A stretch of DNA of 64,000 nucleotides from an uncultured Brevinematales bacterium (GTDB lineage: Bacteria > Spirochaetota > Brevinematia > Brevinematales > CAYRWR01), in NCBI GenBank assembly GCA_964537555.1, contig CAZIAD010000001.1, forward strand, positions 5,732 through 69,731, written 5' to 3'. The notes under the pieces are model-generated. The model saw only the letters and a program-made list of their open reading frames with translations, did not search any database and was not told where the DNA came from. Both the position numbers and the translations under genes were made by a program. Below are positions 47,832 through 58,308 of the stretch, one piece after another. Numbering within the stretch: position 1 is the first letter of the stretch; each line of letters opens with the position of its first letter.

Positions 47832-47997
47832 TAAATACTCCTGTATTGATGTCTAACCCACTTCTTACTATCATAACATACAAGGAATACTTTGTGAAAA
47901 TATTAAATATTTTTTCTCTGAATAGTACCTTCTTTCTATTGAGACTTTTCAGGGTATTGTCTATAATAAATAGGGGAAAAGAGATATTTTAAGGAAG

Positions 47998-50268
47998 ATG
48001 GTGTCTATGAAAAAAGAACCCGCCCAACAGTCATTCATCCGCAATGTAGTACTCAGCCTCAAGATGAAGATCACCGTGCTGGTAATGATTGTCCTGATAT
48101 TCACAACATATCTGGTAGTACGCTTCAATATCATTAATCAGTCAGCTGTGTTAAAACAACAGCAGCAGCAGACCATGAGTGGGTATTTGCTTCCCTTCAA
48201 ACAGAACATACTTAAACTATATCTCAATAAAAAAGAACAGGATTTTAAGACTCTGCAGACCTATGTCCGTTCATTCAAAGATATTCCTTCTTTTAAAATG
48301 GCAATGTTCGTAGATACTTATGGCACTATATTGTTCCATTCCGATTCCCGCAACATCGGCTTGAGGGTGCAGTCTTCTTCCCGCACCCTGTTTTATACCA
48401 ACTATTCTGAACAGATCCATTCCGATTTCCGTATTTACGAAGCAGAAATATCCACCTGGACCGACAAAAAAGGGAGAAAGCGGGCCTATACCAACGACCG
48501 TCCCGATAGTTATGATGGTTTTCTACCGGTTTATTCTGATTACGACAAACACCGCTGGTTTGGTGGCATCACTCAATATTATAATTATTTCAAAGAGGGT
48601 AATCTTTTTCACACTTCCAAACTCAATGAAGAAGTACTGAATAATTTCCGTTTTAGCAAGGCAATTGCTGATATTTACAATAGAATGTACACTGATGGAA
48701 AAATCTCGGAAACTGCCAAAAAACTCCTGGAAGAAAAAAAACTGGAGGAGACTGACCTTAAAAGGATAGAGTATTATTTCACCAAAGTGCAGGCTTATCA
48801 GGATCAGCTCTATAACCTCATCATCAGTGATAAATATTTTGAGGGACTGATGGAGACGCTATTTAAGGCAGGCATGCCCCTCAAGGAAACTGCCGACTAC
48901 ATCAAATGGAAAGAAAAGAAAAAGCTCTTTTCCAATAAAGACCTCATTAGCCCGGAACAAAAAAGAAATCTGAAATTTATTGTCTTCCTGGAACAGTTTA
49001 TTAAGCAGTATTATGATAAAAATGAGTTCACTCCCTCTTTTGAAGAATTTCAGACGCTGGTCAAAGAAAAAAATATCAATGTTCCCGCCGCTTATTATAA
49101 GGCCCGCATAAATAAACTGATCAAATCCCTGAGTTCTCTGGAAAAGTATCGCACGGATCTGAATGTCATACCTAAAGACCTGCTGGATTCCATATTCGCC
49201 GATATGTACGGATTCTACCGTTTAGGCACAGTGCGGGTTATTCTCAACCTGGAAGATATCGAACAGCAAAAACGCCATGTCTTTAATTCTACCATCGATA
49301 TAGCGGTCATGTTTATTCTGAGGATGCTGGTAGTAGTCTTCCTGATCGTAGCATTTATCATCGCTCCCCTCAATGACCTGGCTGCCGGAACAGATGAGAT
49401 AGCTCACGGCAATCTGGATAAAGCCATAGAGATACATACCCATGATGAGATCGGGCAGCTGGCGGATAAGTTTAATTATATGACCACCAGCCTTAAAAAA
49501 GCCTTTGATGAAGTCAAAGATAAGACCCGCATGGAAGAAGAACTGCGTATTGCCCAGGAGATACAGACGGCTATCCTGCCCCAGTCCTTACCGGAGCTGG
49601 ATGGCTATGACTTTGCCGTCTACTATGAGCCCCAGACCGAATCGGGAGGGGATTATTACGATTTTATCCCCCTGGATAATGACCTCTTTGCCATCGTGGT
49701 GGCAGATGTCACCAATCACGGAGTAGGGGCTGCCATGGTCATGTCTATCCTGCGATCGGCTCTGCGTACCTTCTCAGTCCGGGGTAAAAATGCAGCCCAG
49801 GTGATCAAAGATATCAATCCGGTGTTATTAAGAGATACTCCGGCTAACATGTTTGCCACTGTCTTCTATGGGGTGCTTAACCTGGAGACTAAAGAAATGT
49901 TTTATTCCATAGCAGGGCACAACCAGGGTATCGTGTTCGATGCCAAAAGTAAAAAGATCCGCCTCATGAAAGCGGGAGGTATGCCGGTAGGTATGCTCGC
50001 TTCTGAGATCTTTAACCCTCATATTGAACTCTATAAATCCCAGCTTAAATCAGGGGAATACTTTATCCAGTATTCAGACGGCATCACCGAGGCAAAATCA
50101 GCCAGTGACGAAGAATACGGGGAAGACCGCTTTTACCAGTCAATATTAAAGCATGTATCTGAAGACCTGGACGAGATGAAAAACAATATCATACAGGACG
50201 TAAAAGCCTTTACAGCCGGTGCATCACAAAGTGATGATATTACTCTCCTGATCATGAAACTACACTAA
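47998..50268 (+). CDS. membrane sensor with periplasmic domain, HAMP and PP2C/SpoIIE-type serine phosphatase (RsbU-like)
   Basis: 756 aa; two TM segments, HAMP 'IAPLNDLAAGTDEIAHGNLDKAIE', PP2C 'SGGDYYDF...VADVTNHGVGAAM'. Confidence 0.8.
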   Translation: MVSMKKEPAQQSFIRNVVLSLKMKITVLVMIVLIFTTYLVVRFNIINQSAVLKQQQQQTMSGYLLPFKQNILKLYLNKKEQDFKTLQTYVRSFKDIPSFKMAMFVDTYGTILFHSDSRNIGLRVQSSSRTLFYTNYSEQIHSDFRIYEAEISTWTDKKGRKRAYTNDRPDSYDGFLPVYSDYDKHRWFGGITQYYNYFKEGNLFHTSKLNEEVLNNFRFSKAIADIYNRMYTDGKISETAKKLLEEKKLEETDLKRIEYYFTKVQAYQDQLYNLIISDKYFEGLMETLFKAGMPLKETADYIKWKEKKKLFSNKDLISPEQKRNLKFIVFLEQFIKQYYDKNEFTPSFEEFQTLVKEKNINVPAAYYKARINKLIKSLSSLEKYRTDLNVIPKDLLDSIFADMYGFYRLGTVRVILNLEDIEQQKRHVFNSTIDIAVMFILRMLVVVFLIVAFIIAPLNDLAAGTDEIAHGNLDKAIEIHTHDEIGQLADKFNYMTTSLKKAFDEVKDKTRMEEELRIAQEIQTAILPQSLPELDGYDFAVYYEPQTESGGDYYDFIPLDNDLFAIVVADVTNHGVGAAMVMSILRSALRTFSVRGKNAAQVIKDINPVLLRDTPANMFATVFYGVLNLETKEMFYSIAGHNQGIVFDAKSKKIRLMKAGGMPVGMLASEIFNPHIELYKSQLKSGEYFIQYSDGITEAKSASDEEYGEDRFYQSILKHVSEDLDEMKNNIIQDVKAFTAGASQSDDITLLIMKLH

Positions 50269-50284
50269 ACAGGGAGTTTGAAAT

Positions 50285-51011
50285 ATGGCCAAAGTCAAAA
50301 TACTCCTTTATACCTGTGATCCGGATGTAGCCAAATCTTTTTCTCTGTCCCTCCCTCCTGAACAGTTTTCTCTTCAATGTGTAAGTGAGCTCCATGAAGT
50401 CATGGAAAAAGCTATGGAAGATATTCCCCAGTTCTGTATTTTTGATGAAAAAGAGACTAAAGGGGAGTGGGTGGATATCTCCCTATCTATGAGTGAGATC
50501 ATGGATCTCAGCCATGTGGAGAAACTACTGATCGCACGTAAAGAGATCACTCCAGGCCTGGTATCTCTGGCCGTCCAGGCGGGGATTTCAGAGATCATAC
50601 ACCGGGATATCGATCCTCTGATGCTGCTCCTTAAGATCGATGCCCTCCTGCTGAGACATGACCGATGCAAGTCCCTCATACAGACCCATCAGGACACAGC
50701 CGCTAAAAGGGTGGGTTATTCTGTAGAGCATTATGTAGGCCAGCCTCTCACTGCAGTCATGGGAGCTATACAGATGATCAATCTTATGAAAAACGAAGAT
50801 AAAAAAACTCAATGACCCGGAGATAGAGGAACTGGTTAAAATCGGACTCAAAGCTTCTGAGGAATTATCTAAGACTATTCATAAATTTGCCAGCCTCAAA
50901 AGTTTTAAGATCCAGGAACATATTAAGAACCACGACCTTATTGATCTGGAGCATCTGGATGAATCGGTCAATGAGGGTGATACAGAAATAGAAGACTTCG
51001 AGATGTTTTGA
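50285..51011 (+). pseudogene. receiver-like (REC) + HisKA/DHp-only phosphotransfer-type protein interrupted by a frameshift in an A7 tract (50801-50807)
   Basis: frame 1 (50285..50815) ends ...NLMKNEDKKTQ*; frame +1 continues LNDPEIEELVKIGLKASEELSKTIHKF...EDFEMF* to 51011; H-box-like 'VEHYVGQPLTAV'. Confidence 0.55.
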
Positions 51012-51078
51012 AGTAAAAGTATCATAAACAATAAAAAGCGCCCTCTTTTCAGAGAGCGCTTTTGTTTTTTTTGAGTTT

Positions 51079-52188
51079 TTATCTCCAGCTAATATCTGTA
51101 TGCCAGTCCTGTCCAAAATTATTTTCCCAGTCGCCGCTGTTATTTCTGAATGCAACATCAAATACGGAAGCATCTACACTGACAGTCACTGACTGGCTGT
51201 ATACCGCACTGACATAACCGTTATAGCGGAAGGGGTAGCACTGGGCTTCTGCCACATTCTGCCATCCGTTTACACCGTAGTGTGCCCAGACTGTATCACC
51301 CAGGTCGCCATTGGCGTAGCTGATACTGACAGTCTTGATGATATCACCGTTATAATTTTTGTAGGTGCTGTTAGGCTGCACTGTAACCAGGGGACGTACT
51401 GAGGTATGGAAGTCCTGTCCCTGGTTATTATCCCATATGCCGTTTCCGAAGATGGCAAAATCCAGGTATTCAGCATCTGTGGGGAGCTGGACTCTGGCGG
51501 TTGCATAGTCCGAAGCATAGCTGTAGGATGAATTAGTGATCCAGTCCATGGCTACGTCACTGACCTGGTTCCAGCTGTTCCAGCCGAAATGCAGCAGCAT
51601 ACCAGCTCCAGTAGAAGGCCCACTGTAGTTTATATAGATACCATCATTAATGCTGGTATGATAAGACTCAGAATATGAGTATGATACTATGGTGTCGTAC
51701 AAAAATGCGTTATATAACTGGCCTTCTTTGAGGTACTCTATACCATCACTGTCTACTACTTTCCAGAATATCTGTCCGGGAGCGTTGGCAGGAATACTGA
51801 TACGGGCATACCAGGAAGAATACACATTAGTGGCATTTACAGTCTGATTTACCGCATCAGCGCTAAAGCCGTATTTTACGACATAGCTCTTATTGGTATC
51901 TGAAGGGTAGATACTAAAAGAGTAGGTCTTTCCCTTTACTCCGCGATTATCAAACAGAGGGCCTCTTCCGGCTGAGTAGACGGTATTGGCTTCTACTACA
52001 GCATCACCTTCGGCCAGTCCCATGATCTGAAGTTCCTGTTCAGAAAAGAGGGGTATGGCAGCATTTACCGCAGGGTCATCGGTAGATATCACATTGATCA
52101 CTTTAACGTTATTTTCAGTATTATCCTGGTTCAGGCTACATGCACCTGCCAGAAGAGCAACCATCATCAACAACAAAACCTTTTTCAT
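51079..52188 (-). CDS. lipoprotein with CBM25/CBM26-like (starch-binding-type) repeats
   Basis: ORF 51079..52224; start at MKKVLLLMMVALLAGAC; repeated 'GNGIWDNNQGQDFHT' / 'NSGDWENNFGQDWHT' and 'HFGWNSWN' motifs. Confidence 0.5.
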   Translation of the reverse strand: MKKVLLLMMVALLAGACSLNQDNTENNVKVINVISTDDPAVNAAIPLFSEQELQIMGLAEGDAVVEANTVYSAGRGPLFDNRGVKGKTYSFSIYPSDTNKSYVVKYGFSADAVNQTVNATNVYSSWYARISIPANAPGQIFWKVVDSDGIEYLKEGQLYNAFLYDTIVSYSYSESYHTSINDGIYINYSGPSTGAGMLLHFGWNSWNQVSDVAMDWITNSSYSYASDYATARVQLPTDAEYLDFAIFGNGIWDNNQGQDFHTSVRPLVTVQPNSTYKNYNGDIIKTVSISYANGDLGDTVWAHYGVNGWQNVAEAQCYPFRYNGYVSAVYSQSVTVSVDASVFDVAFRNNSGDWENNFGQDWHTDISWR

Positions 52189-52389
52189 AATTTTCTCCTC
52201 GCATTTAATTAGTGCGCATTGCACTCATAATGTGCATTAGTATATTTTTTTTTGCGGATTAAGTCAAGAAAAATGAAATTTGTTTGTAAGCGCTTGCATC
52301 ATTAAATGCCTTTATCGAGAAGAAAGGGGCATACTTTCTTTTTTTCTGTTTTTAACTTAAAATATGGGACATTCCTGAAGGAGAGCAGT

Positions 52390-53925
52390 ATGACCGGACC
52401 AGTGATTATTTTAGACTTTGGATCCCAGTATACTCAGCTCATAGCGAGGCGGGTACGTGAGCTGGGAGTATATTCTATTGTATATGCCTACTCTCATGAC
52501 CTGGCAGAGCTCCGTTCCCTGAATCCTCAGGCTATCATCCTTTCAGGGGGCCCTTCCTCAGTACTGGAAGAGGATGCGCCTTTTATCGACCGGTCCATTT
52601 ATGAATGGGGCATCCCTGTATTGGGAATCTGCTATGGTATGCAGCTCACCGCCATCCTGATGGGGGGCAAAGTAGAACGGTCTCATCAGCGTGAATACGG
52701 CCGGGCTCACATCCAGTTTAAGATTAAAAACAGTCCCCTGTTCAAAGACGTCAAAGAAGACTCGGTGGTATGGATGAGCCATGGTGACACCGTGGTAGAA
52801 TTCCCGGCTGGATTTGAACTGGCAGCCACTACACGTGACGGAGCCTATGCAGGCATGCAGAACCTGGAAAAGTCCATTTATGCCGTCCAGTTCCACCCCG
52901 AAGTAGTACACAGCGAGTATGGTAAGCAGGTCCTGTCCAATTTTGTATTCGATATAGCCCACATAGAGCCCAACTGGTCCATGGAAAATTTCGTAGAAAA
53001 AGAGATCGCAGACCTTAAAAAGACCTGTGCCGGCAAGAAAGTAGTACTGGGAGTGTCCGGGGGGGTAGACTCTACCACCCTGGCCGTGCTGATGCACAAG
53101 GCCCTGGGAGACGATGTGACGGCCGTATTTGTCAATAATGGACTACTGCGGGGCAATGAAGAGAATGAAGTCCAGCATGCCCTCCGGGAACGCCTGGGCC
53201 TCAAAGTAGAATATGTGGATGCCTCAGACCGTTTTCTGGATGCTCTGGCCGGCGTGGATGACCCTGAGCAGAAGCGTAAGATCATCGGTAAAGAATTTAT
53301 CGATGTGTTCTTCCACTCCCTGCCTGATTTTGACTACCTGGTGCAGGGTACCCTCTACCCCGATGTCATAGAAAGTGCTCCCGTCAAAGGGCCCAGCCAG
53401 ACCATCAAGACCCACCATAATAGGGTCAAGGAAGTAGAGACCCTGGAAAAACAGGGGCGTATCCTCGAACCCTTTAAGTTCCTGTTTAAGGACGAAGTCA
53501 GGGAAGTAGCCCGTATCCTAGGCATGCCCGAAGATATACTGAACCGCCACCCCTTCCCCGGGCCGGGACTGGCTGTACGGGTACTGGGTGATATCACCCG
53601 GGAAAAGCTGAACATCCTCAAACAGGCCGATACCATCTTTATCAAAGCCCTTAAGGACAGCGGCTGGTACGACAAGACCTGGCAGAGCTTCTGTGTCTTT
53701 CTACCCGTAAAAAGTGTGGGTGTGATGGGAGATGAGAGAGCCTATGGCTACGTCATCGCGCTGAGGGCTATCACCTCGGTGGACGCCATGACTGCCACCT
53801 GGGCCCACCTGCCCTATGAGCTCCTGGATGAAGTGGCCAATAAGATCGTGCGCCAGATCAAAGAGGTAAACCGGGTAGTCTATGACGTGACATCCAAGCC
53901 TCCCGCCACTATTGAGTGGGAATAG
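52390..53925 (+). CDS. guaA: GMP synthase (glutamine-hydrolysing)
   Basis: ORF 52306..53925; start at MTGPVIILDFGSQYTQ; PP-loop 'GVSGGVDSTT'; class-I amidotransferase Cys in 'GICYGMQ'. Confidence 0.9.
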   Translation: MTGPVIILDFGSQYTQLIARRVRELGVYSIVYAYSHDLAELRSLNPQAIILSGGPSSVLEEDAPFIDRSIYEWGIPVLGICYGMQLTAILMGGKVERSHQREYGRAHIQFKIKNSPLFKDVKEDSVVWMSHGDTVVEFPAGFELAATTRDGAYAGMQNLEKSIYAVQFHPEVVHSEYGKQVLSNFVFDIAHIEPNWSMENFVEKEIADLKKTCAGKKVVLGVSGGVDSTTLAVLMHKALGDDVTAVFVNNGLLRGNEENEVQHALRERLGLKVEYVDASDRFLDALAGVDDPEQKRKIIGKEFIDVFFHSLPDFDYLVQGTLYPDVIESAPVKGPSQTIKTHHNRVKEVETLEKQGRILEPFKFLFKDEVREVARILGMPEDILNRHPFPGPGLAVRVLGDITREKLNILKQADTIFIKALKDSGWYDKTWQSFCVFLPVKSVGVMGDERAYGYVIALRAITSVDAMTATWAHLPYELLDEVANKIVRQIKEVNRVVYDVTSKPPATIEWE

Positions 53926-53928
53926 GCC

Positions 53929-54165
53929 TTAAGGCAAGCCCGGAAAGCTATCCACATATTTGATCTTGAAATCACCGAAAGAATCCACGATCTGTATCTT
54001 GTAATCAGGAAAACTGTCTACTATCTCCCACTTCCCTACACTATCTGCAAATGCAGACACCTTTTGGACATGCAGGTCCGCAAAACTGTCTACTACCTCG
54101 ACTTTATAATCGGGAAAAGAATCTACAAATTGTATCTTTCCGTATATCCGGGATACATCCGCCAT
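53929..54165 (-). CDS. 78-aa protein made of six tandem 11-residue 'VDSF(P/A/G)D(Y/F)K(I/V)x(I/V)' repeats
   Basis: ORF 53929..54264, likely start at MADVSRIYGK just after the GGDEF stop; repeats VDSFPDYKVEV / VDSFADLHVQK / ... / VDSFGDFKIKY. Confidence 0.5.
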   Translation of the reverse strand: MADVSRIYGKIQFVDSFPDYKVEVVDSFADLHVQKVSAFADSVGKWEIVDSFPDYKIQIVDSFGDFKIKYVDSFPGLP

Positions 54166-54175
54166 CACATCCTCC

Positions 54176-55435
54176 TCAATTGACCTTAAATTCTCCGGTA
54201 TTGAGTACAAAGCGGTCCTTACCCAGGCGCTTGGCCTCATAGACCGCGTTATCGGCCAGCACAAGAATATCCTCGGTGCTCATCATCTCTTCAATCACTT
54301 TGTTATCCAGGTAGGCTCCCCCGAAGCTGCAGCTCACCTGTATGACTTCACCATTAAACACAAATTCCCGCCCATGGATGGCTTCCAGTATACGTTCCAT
54401 CATCCGGTATATATCCATATCGGGCGGACTGTATTCCACCAGGAGGAGAAATTCATCTCCCCCGAATCGGGCCAGGATATCACTTTTACGCAGCTGGTCC
54501 CGCACTGTCTTAATGAGCTCCTTGAGTATAAAATCCCCACAGACATGGCCATGTTCATCATTTATCTTTTTAAAATCATCTATATCAAATACCACCAGGT
54601 AGTGCCTCCCCGGCTCCCGGCGCAGCTTGGCCATCACTTTATTAAGCTCTATATCGAAATAGGACTTGGAAAAGGCCCCGGTGAGGGCATCATGGATGAG
54701 CTCATCATAGAGGCGGTGTACCGTATTATCCAGGTGCTCATAGCTGTTTAACAGCAGGATAGCCGCAGTGATGACAATACTCATACTGCCTATCCAGCTG
54801 ACCGGGGGCAGATCCAGTATTTTCATAGAGGTCAGGGCATCGATGCCCCCGCTGATCACCCAGAATATCGAAAAGATCAGAAGAATAAACACTGAGTTTT
54901 TATATTTTTTCTGTTTCCCGGGAATCCTCACATAGGTCACATAGAGGAAAAAGGCAGAATAGACCAGCAGGAAGAGCATAAAAATACCCCAGATCTTATG
55001 TACTATCCCTCTTTGCAGCGCCTTATAAAAGCTGGAGGTCTGCTCCAGAGGAGTGGTCAATATAAGAGGGTGGTCTATACATAGGATAATAGTAAACACG
55101 GTAGCAATGCTAAAAAATACCCTTATTGCGACTTTCTGTTTCAGGTCAAACATACTGTTCAAAAGCATAAAAAAGAAGACCACTACAAACATAGAAGCTA
55201 TCAATGTGGCCCGGTTCAGAATGTTGATAGCCCCTTCATTATCTCCCATATTAAGCAGGAGGCCAAACAAGACCATATAGATGGAATTACCGATCGTAAG
55301 GACGACGAACTTTCTAAAATGCTGCCTGGTATGTGAATCTTTCATGAATATAGTAAAAAAGACTATGGAGAATATTAAAAAGGTAAGCCCCACCACTCCG
55401 GCAATAAACATGGGAAGCGACACTAATGTAATCAA
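54176..55435 (-). CDS. diguanylate cyclase (GGDEF) with N-terminal multi-TM sensor domain
   Basis: 419 aa; about 7 TM helices; 'RFGGDEFLLL' GGDEF motif. Confidence 0.85.
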   Translation of the reverse strand: MITLVSLPMFIAGVVGLTFLIFSIVFFTIFMKDSHTRQHFRKFVVLTIGNSIYMVLFGLLLNMGDNEGAINILNRATLIASMFVVVFFFMLLNSMFDLKQKVAIRVFFSIATVFTIILCIDHPLILTTPLEQTSSFYKALQRGIVHKIWGIFMLFLLVYSAFFLYVTYVRIPGKQKKYKNSVFILLIFSIFWVISGGIDALTSMKILDLPPVSWIGSMSIVITAAILLLNSYEHLDNTVHRLYDELIHDALTGAFSKSYFDIELNKVMAKLRREPGRHYLVVFDIDDFKKINDEHGHVCGDFILKELIKTVRDQLRKSDILARFGGDEFLLLVEYSPPDMDIYRMMERILEAIHGREFVFNGEVIQVSCSFGGAYLDNKVIEEMMSTEDILVLADNAVYEAKRLGKDRFVLNTGEFKVN

Positions 55436-55501
55436 TAATCTTCCTTAACTTTATTGATTCCCCTCACGCTTATATTAACTTCAAACTGATAATTGTCAAG
55501 A

Positions 55502-56395
55502 TTATTTATTTTTCAAAGCGTCATTCCCGAGATATTTTGTAAAATGCTGATAGTACCCCGAGAGTTCTTGCAGCTCCTGGAGTTTAGACTTTTTCAACTG
55601 GTGAGCCAGGTCATATCCTTCCTTTAAGACCAGGAACTTCAAACCCCAACGGGGTAAAATAGCCTTACGCGGACATATATAGACACAGCGCATACAAAAC
55701 TCACAGGACCATTTCCAGCGGGGCTTATTACTTGTCCATGATATGTTTTGTGCCGGGCAAGTGCTAACACAGACTCGACACAGATTGCATTCAGGGCCTG
55801 CATGCAGGCTTTTTCCAAAAAATCTACGTCCCGGGCCTGCCTCCAGGAGACTGGAGATCCAGCTTATAAAGCGAAGCATGAGGCCATTCCTCTGTAGGCT
55901 GGTTTTTACACTGATCAGATCTTCAGCCCATGAGGGTACTTTTTTCAGAATATTTTCAAATAGTCTTTTCTGAAAATGCAAAGGGTAAGACACAAAAACA
56001 TTGGAAGGCATTATAGCCAATATCTCATAAAACACCTGATATCCCTGTTTTCTGAGCAGACGCCGTATAGGGCTGGTGCTTCCTCCGTTACCCAGACTGT
56101 CAGCAGCGCACTTTATCAAAAAAACCTTCCTGTTTTCATAGCGGGGAAGACTGCGGATAAAGCGGTACACCAGTGCCGGGGCATCAAATGAATGCACAGG
56201 ATAGGCTATGCCCAGCATGGCCTTTTTATCGATTGATATGAGATCCTGGATTCCAGCCTGGTTTTCCATGGCCCTCATTTCTAGCTCACAGCCTCTGGAC
56301 TGGAGCTCATTTTTAAGCTGGGTACAGACCCACTTAGTATTTCCTGTTCCGCTGAAATAAAATAGGATGATCTTTTTCACACCCACCCCTGTCAT
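55502..56395 (-). CDS. flavodoxin-like domain fused to 2x[4Fe-4S] ferredoxin (EFR1-family-like), paralog of 46518..47285
   Basis: 297 aa; 'IILFYFSGTGNT'; CRVCVSTCP and CEFCMRCVYICP. Confidence 0.75.
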   Translation of the reverse strand: MTGVGVKKIILFYFSGTGNTKWVCTQLKNELQSRGCELEMRAMENQAGIQDLISIDKKAMLGIAYPVHSFDAPALVYRFIRSLPRYENRKVFLIKCAADSLGNGGSTSPIRRLLRKQGYQVFYEILAIMPSNVFVSYPLHFQKRLFENILKKVPSWAEDLISVKTSLQRNGLMLRFISWISSLLEAGPGRRFFGKSLHAGPECNLCRVCVSTCPAQNISWTSNKPRWKWSCEFCMRCVYICPRKAILPRWGLKFLVLKEGYDLAHQLKKSKLQELQELSGYYQHFTKYLGNDALKNK

Positions 56396-56562
56396 TTAGA
56401 ATCATATAGCTTACTCAGTTTATAAATAGAATAATTATTCTGCAAATTCTGTATTCTTTGCCCAAATAAACCTTAAAAATGGAGGCTTTTTATGTAAAAT
56501 TGAATTTTCCCCCCTTCTCCTTTAAAATATACTCCACTATTCTAAACCCTATGGAGGACTCT

Positions 56563-58212
56563 ATGTTAAAAGCCATTGACCCCACCCGCACTGACGCCTG
56601 GAAAAAACTGGAAAAACATTATGCAGCTATGAAGAATGTAAAAATGACAGATCTCTTTAAAAAAGACTCTAAACGCTTTGATAGATTTTCACTGTATTTC
56701 GAGGACATCCTGTTTGATTATTCCAAAAACCGTATCACTGAGGAGACTGTGTCTCTTCTCACTGATCTGGCTAAACAGGCCGGCCTCTCTGATGCCATCA
56801 GGGACATTTTCGCCGGAGAAAAGATCAATGTGACCGAAGGCCGCTCGGTCCTCCATGTAGCCCTGCGCAATCGGGCCAATACCCCTATCCTGGTGGATGG
56901 AGAAGACGTGATGCCGGGAGTCAATGCCGTTCTGGATAAAATGAAAGCATTTGCTCATCGCCTCCACTCCGGCGAGATGAAGGGCTACACCGGTAAAAAG
57001 ATCACCCAGATCGTCAATATCGGTATCGGCGGTTCCGACCTGGGCCCGGTGATGGTCACCGAAGCTCTCAAGCCCTACTGGGTCAAGGGCATCGAGACCT
57101 ATTTCGTATCCAACGTAGACGGCAGCCATATCGCTGAGACTGTAAAAAAGGTCAATCCCGAGACTACCCTGTTCATCGTGGCATCCAAGACCTTTACCAC
57201 CCAGGAGACTATGACCAATGCCTTATCGGCCCGCTCCTGGTTTCTGGAACAGACAAAAGATGAGTCCGCTATCGCCAAACACTTTGTGGCTGTATCCACT
57301 AATGCGGAAGCGGTATCCAAATTCGGTATCGATACCGCTAATATGTTCGAATTCTGGGACTGGGTAGGGGGACGTTATTCCCTGTGGTCCGCTATCGGGC
57401 TGTCCATAGTATGTACTCTGGGTTACGATAACTATATACAGATCCTGGAAGGGGGGCATGCCGTAGACCAGCACTTTAAGAGCGCTGACTTCAGCAAAAA
57501 CATCCCTGTACTGATGGCCCTCTTAGGCATCTGGTACAATAACTTTTTCGGAGCTGAGACTCAGGCCATCCTCCCCTATGACCAGTATATGCACCGCTTT
57601 GCGGCTTACTTCCAGCAGGGGGATATGGAGTCCAATGGTAAGCTGGTAGCCCGTGACGGAAAGACCGTGACTTATGAGACAGGCCCCATTATCTGGGGAG
57701 AACCCGGTACCAACGGACAGCATGCCTTCTACCAGCTCATACACCAGGGTACCAAGCTCATCCCCTGTGACTTTATCGCCCCGGCCCAGACCCATAATCC
57801 CCTGTCAGACCACCACCCTAAGCTCCTGGCCAATTACTTTGCCCAGCCCGAAGCCCTGATGGAAGGAAAGTCTGAAGCAGAAGTAAGGGCTGAGCACAAA
57901 GCCGCCGGCCTCAGTAAAGAGGAAGATGACCTGCTGACCCCCTTCAAAGTATTCGAAGGTAACCGCCCCACCAACTCATTCTTATTGAAGAAAGTGACCC
58001 CCCGCAGCCTGGGCAGCCTGATCGCCATGTACGAGCACAAGATATTTACCCAGGGTGTGATCTGGAATATCTACTCCTTTGACCAGTGGGGAGTACAGCT
58101 GGGTAAGCTCCTGGCCAACCGTATCCTGCCCGAGCTGTCAGGAAATGAAGAAGTAAAGAGCCATGATTCCTCCACCAATGGCCTCATCAATGCCTACAAA
58201 AAGATGCGTTAA
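56563..58212 (+). CDS. pgi: glucose-6-phosphate isomerase
   Basis: ORF 56479..58212; start at [10 protein letters not shown]; '[10 protein letters not shown]', '[11 protein letters not shown]' PGI signatures. Confidence 0.9.
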   Translation: MLKAIDPTRTDAWKKLEKHYAAMKNVKMTDLFKKDSKRFDRFSLYFEDILFDYSKNRITEETVSLLTDLAKQAGLSDAIRDIFAGEKINVTEGRSVLHVALRNRANTPILVDGEDVMPGVNAVLDKMKAFAHRLHSGEMKGYTGKKITQIVNIGIGGSDLGPVMVTEALKPYWVKGIETYFVSNVDGSHIAETVKKVNPETTLFIVASKTFTTQETMTNALSARSWFLEQTKDESAIAKHFVAVSTNAEAVSKFGIDTANMFEFWDWVGGRYSLWSAIGLSIVCTLGYDNYIQILEGGHAVDQHFKSADFSKNIPVLMALLGIWYNNFFGAETQAILPYDQYMHRFAAYFQQGDMESNGKLVARDGKTVTYETGPIIWGEPGTNGQHAFYQLIHQGTKLIPCDFIAPAQTHNPLSDHHPKLLANYFAQPEALMEGKSEAEVRAEHKAAGLSKEEDDLLTPFKVFEGNRPTNSFLLKKVTPRSLGSLIAMYEHKIFTQGVIWNIYSFDQWGVQLGKLLANRILPELSGNEEVKSHDSSTNGLINAYKKMR

Positions 58213-58226
58213 TACTGTGAAAATAA

Positions 58227-58262
58227 AAAAACGGCTCCTGAAATATAGGAGCCGTTTTCTGT
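58227..58262. terminator. bidirectional rho-independent terminator
   Basis: hairpin aaaacggctcct-gaaatat-aggagccgtttt. Confidence 0.75.
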
Positions 58263-58308
58263 TTAAATTCTTTTATTTAATTCACTATCTAATCAAATCT
58301 TAGGACAC

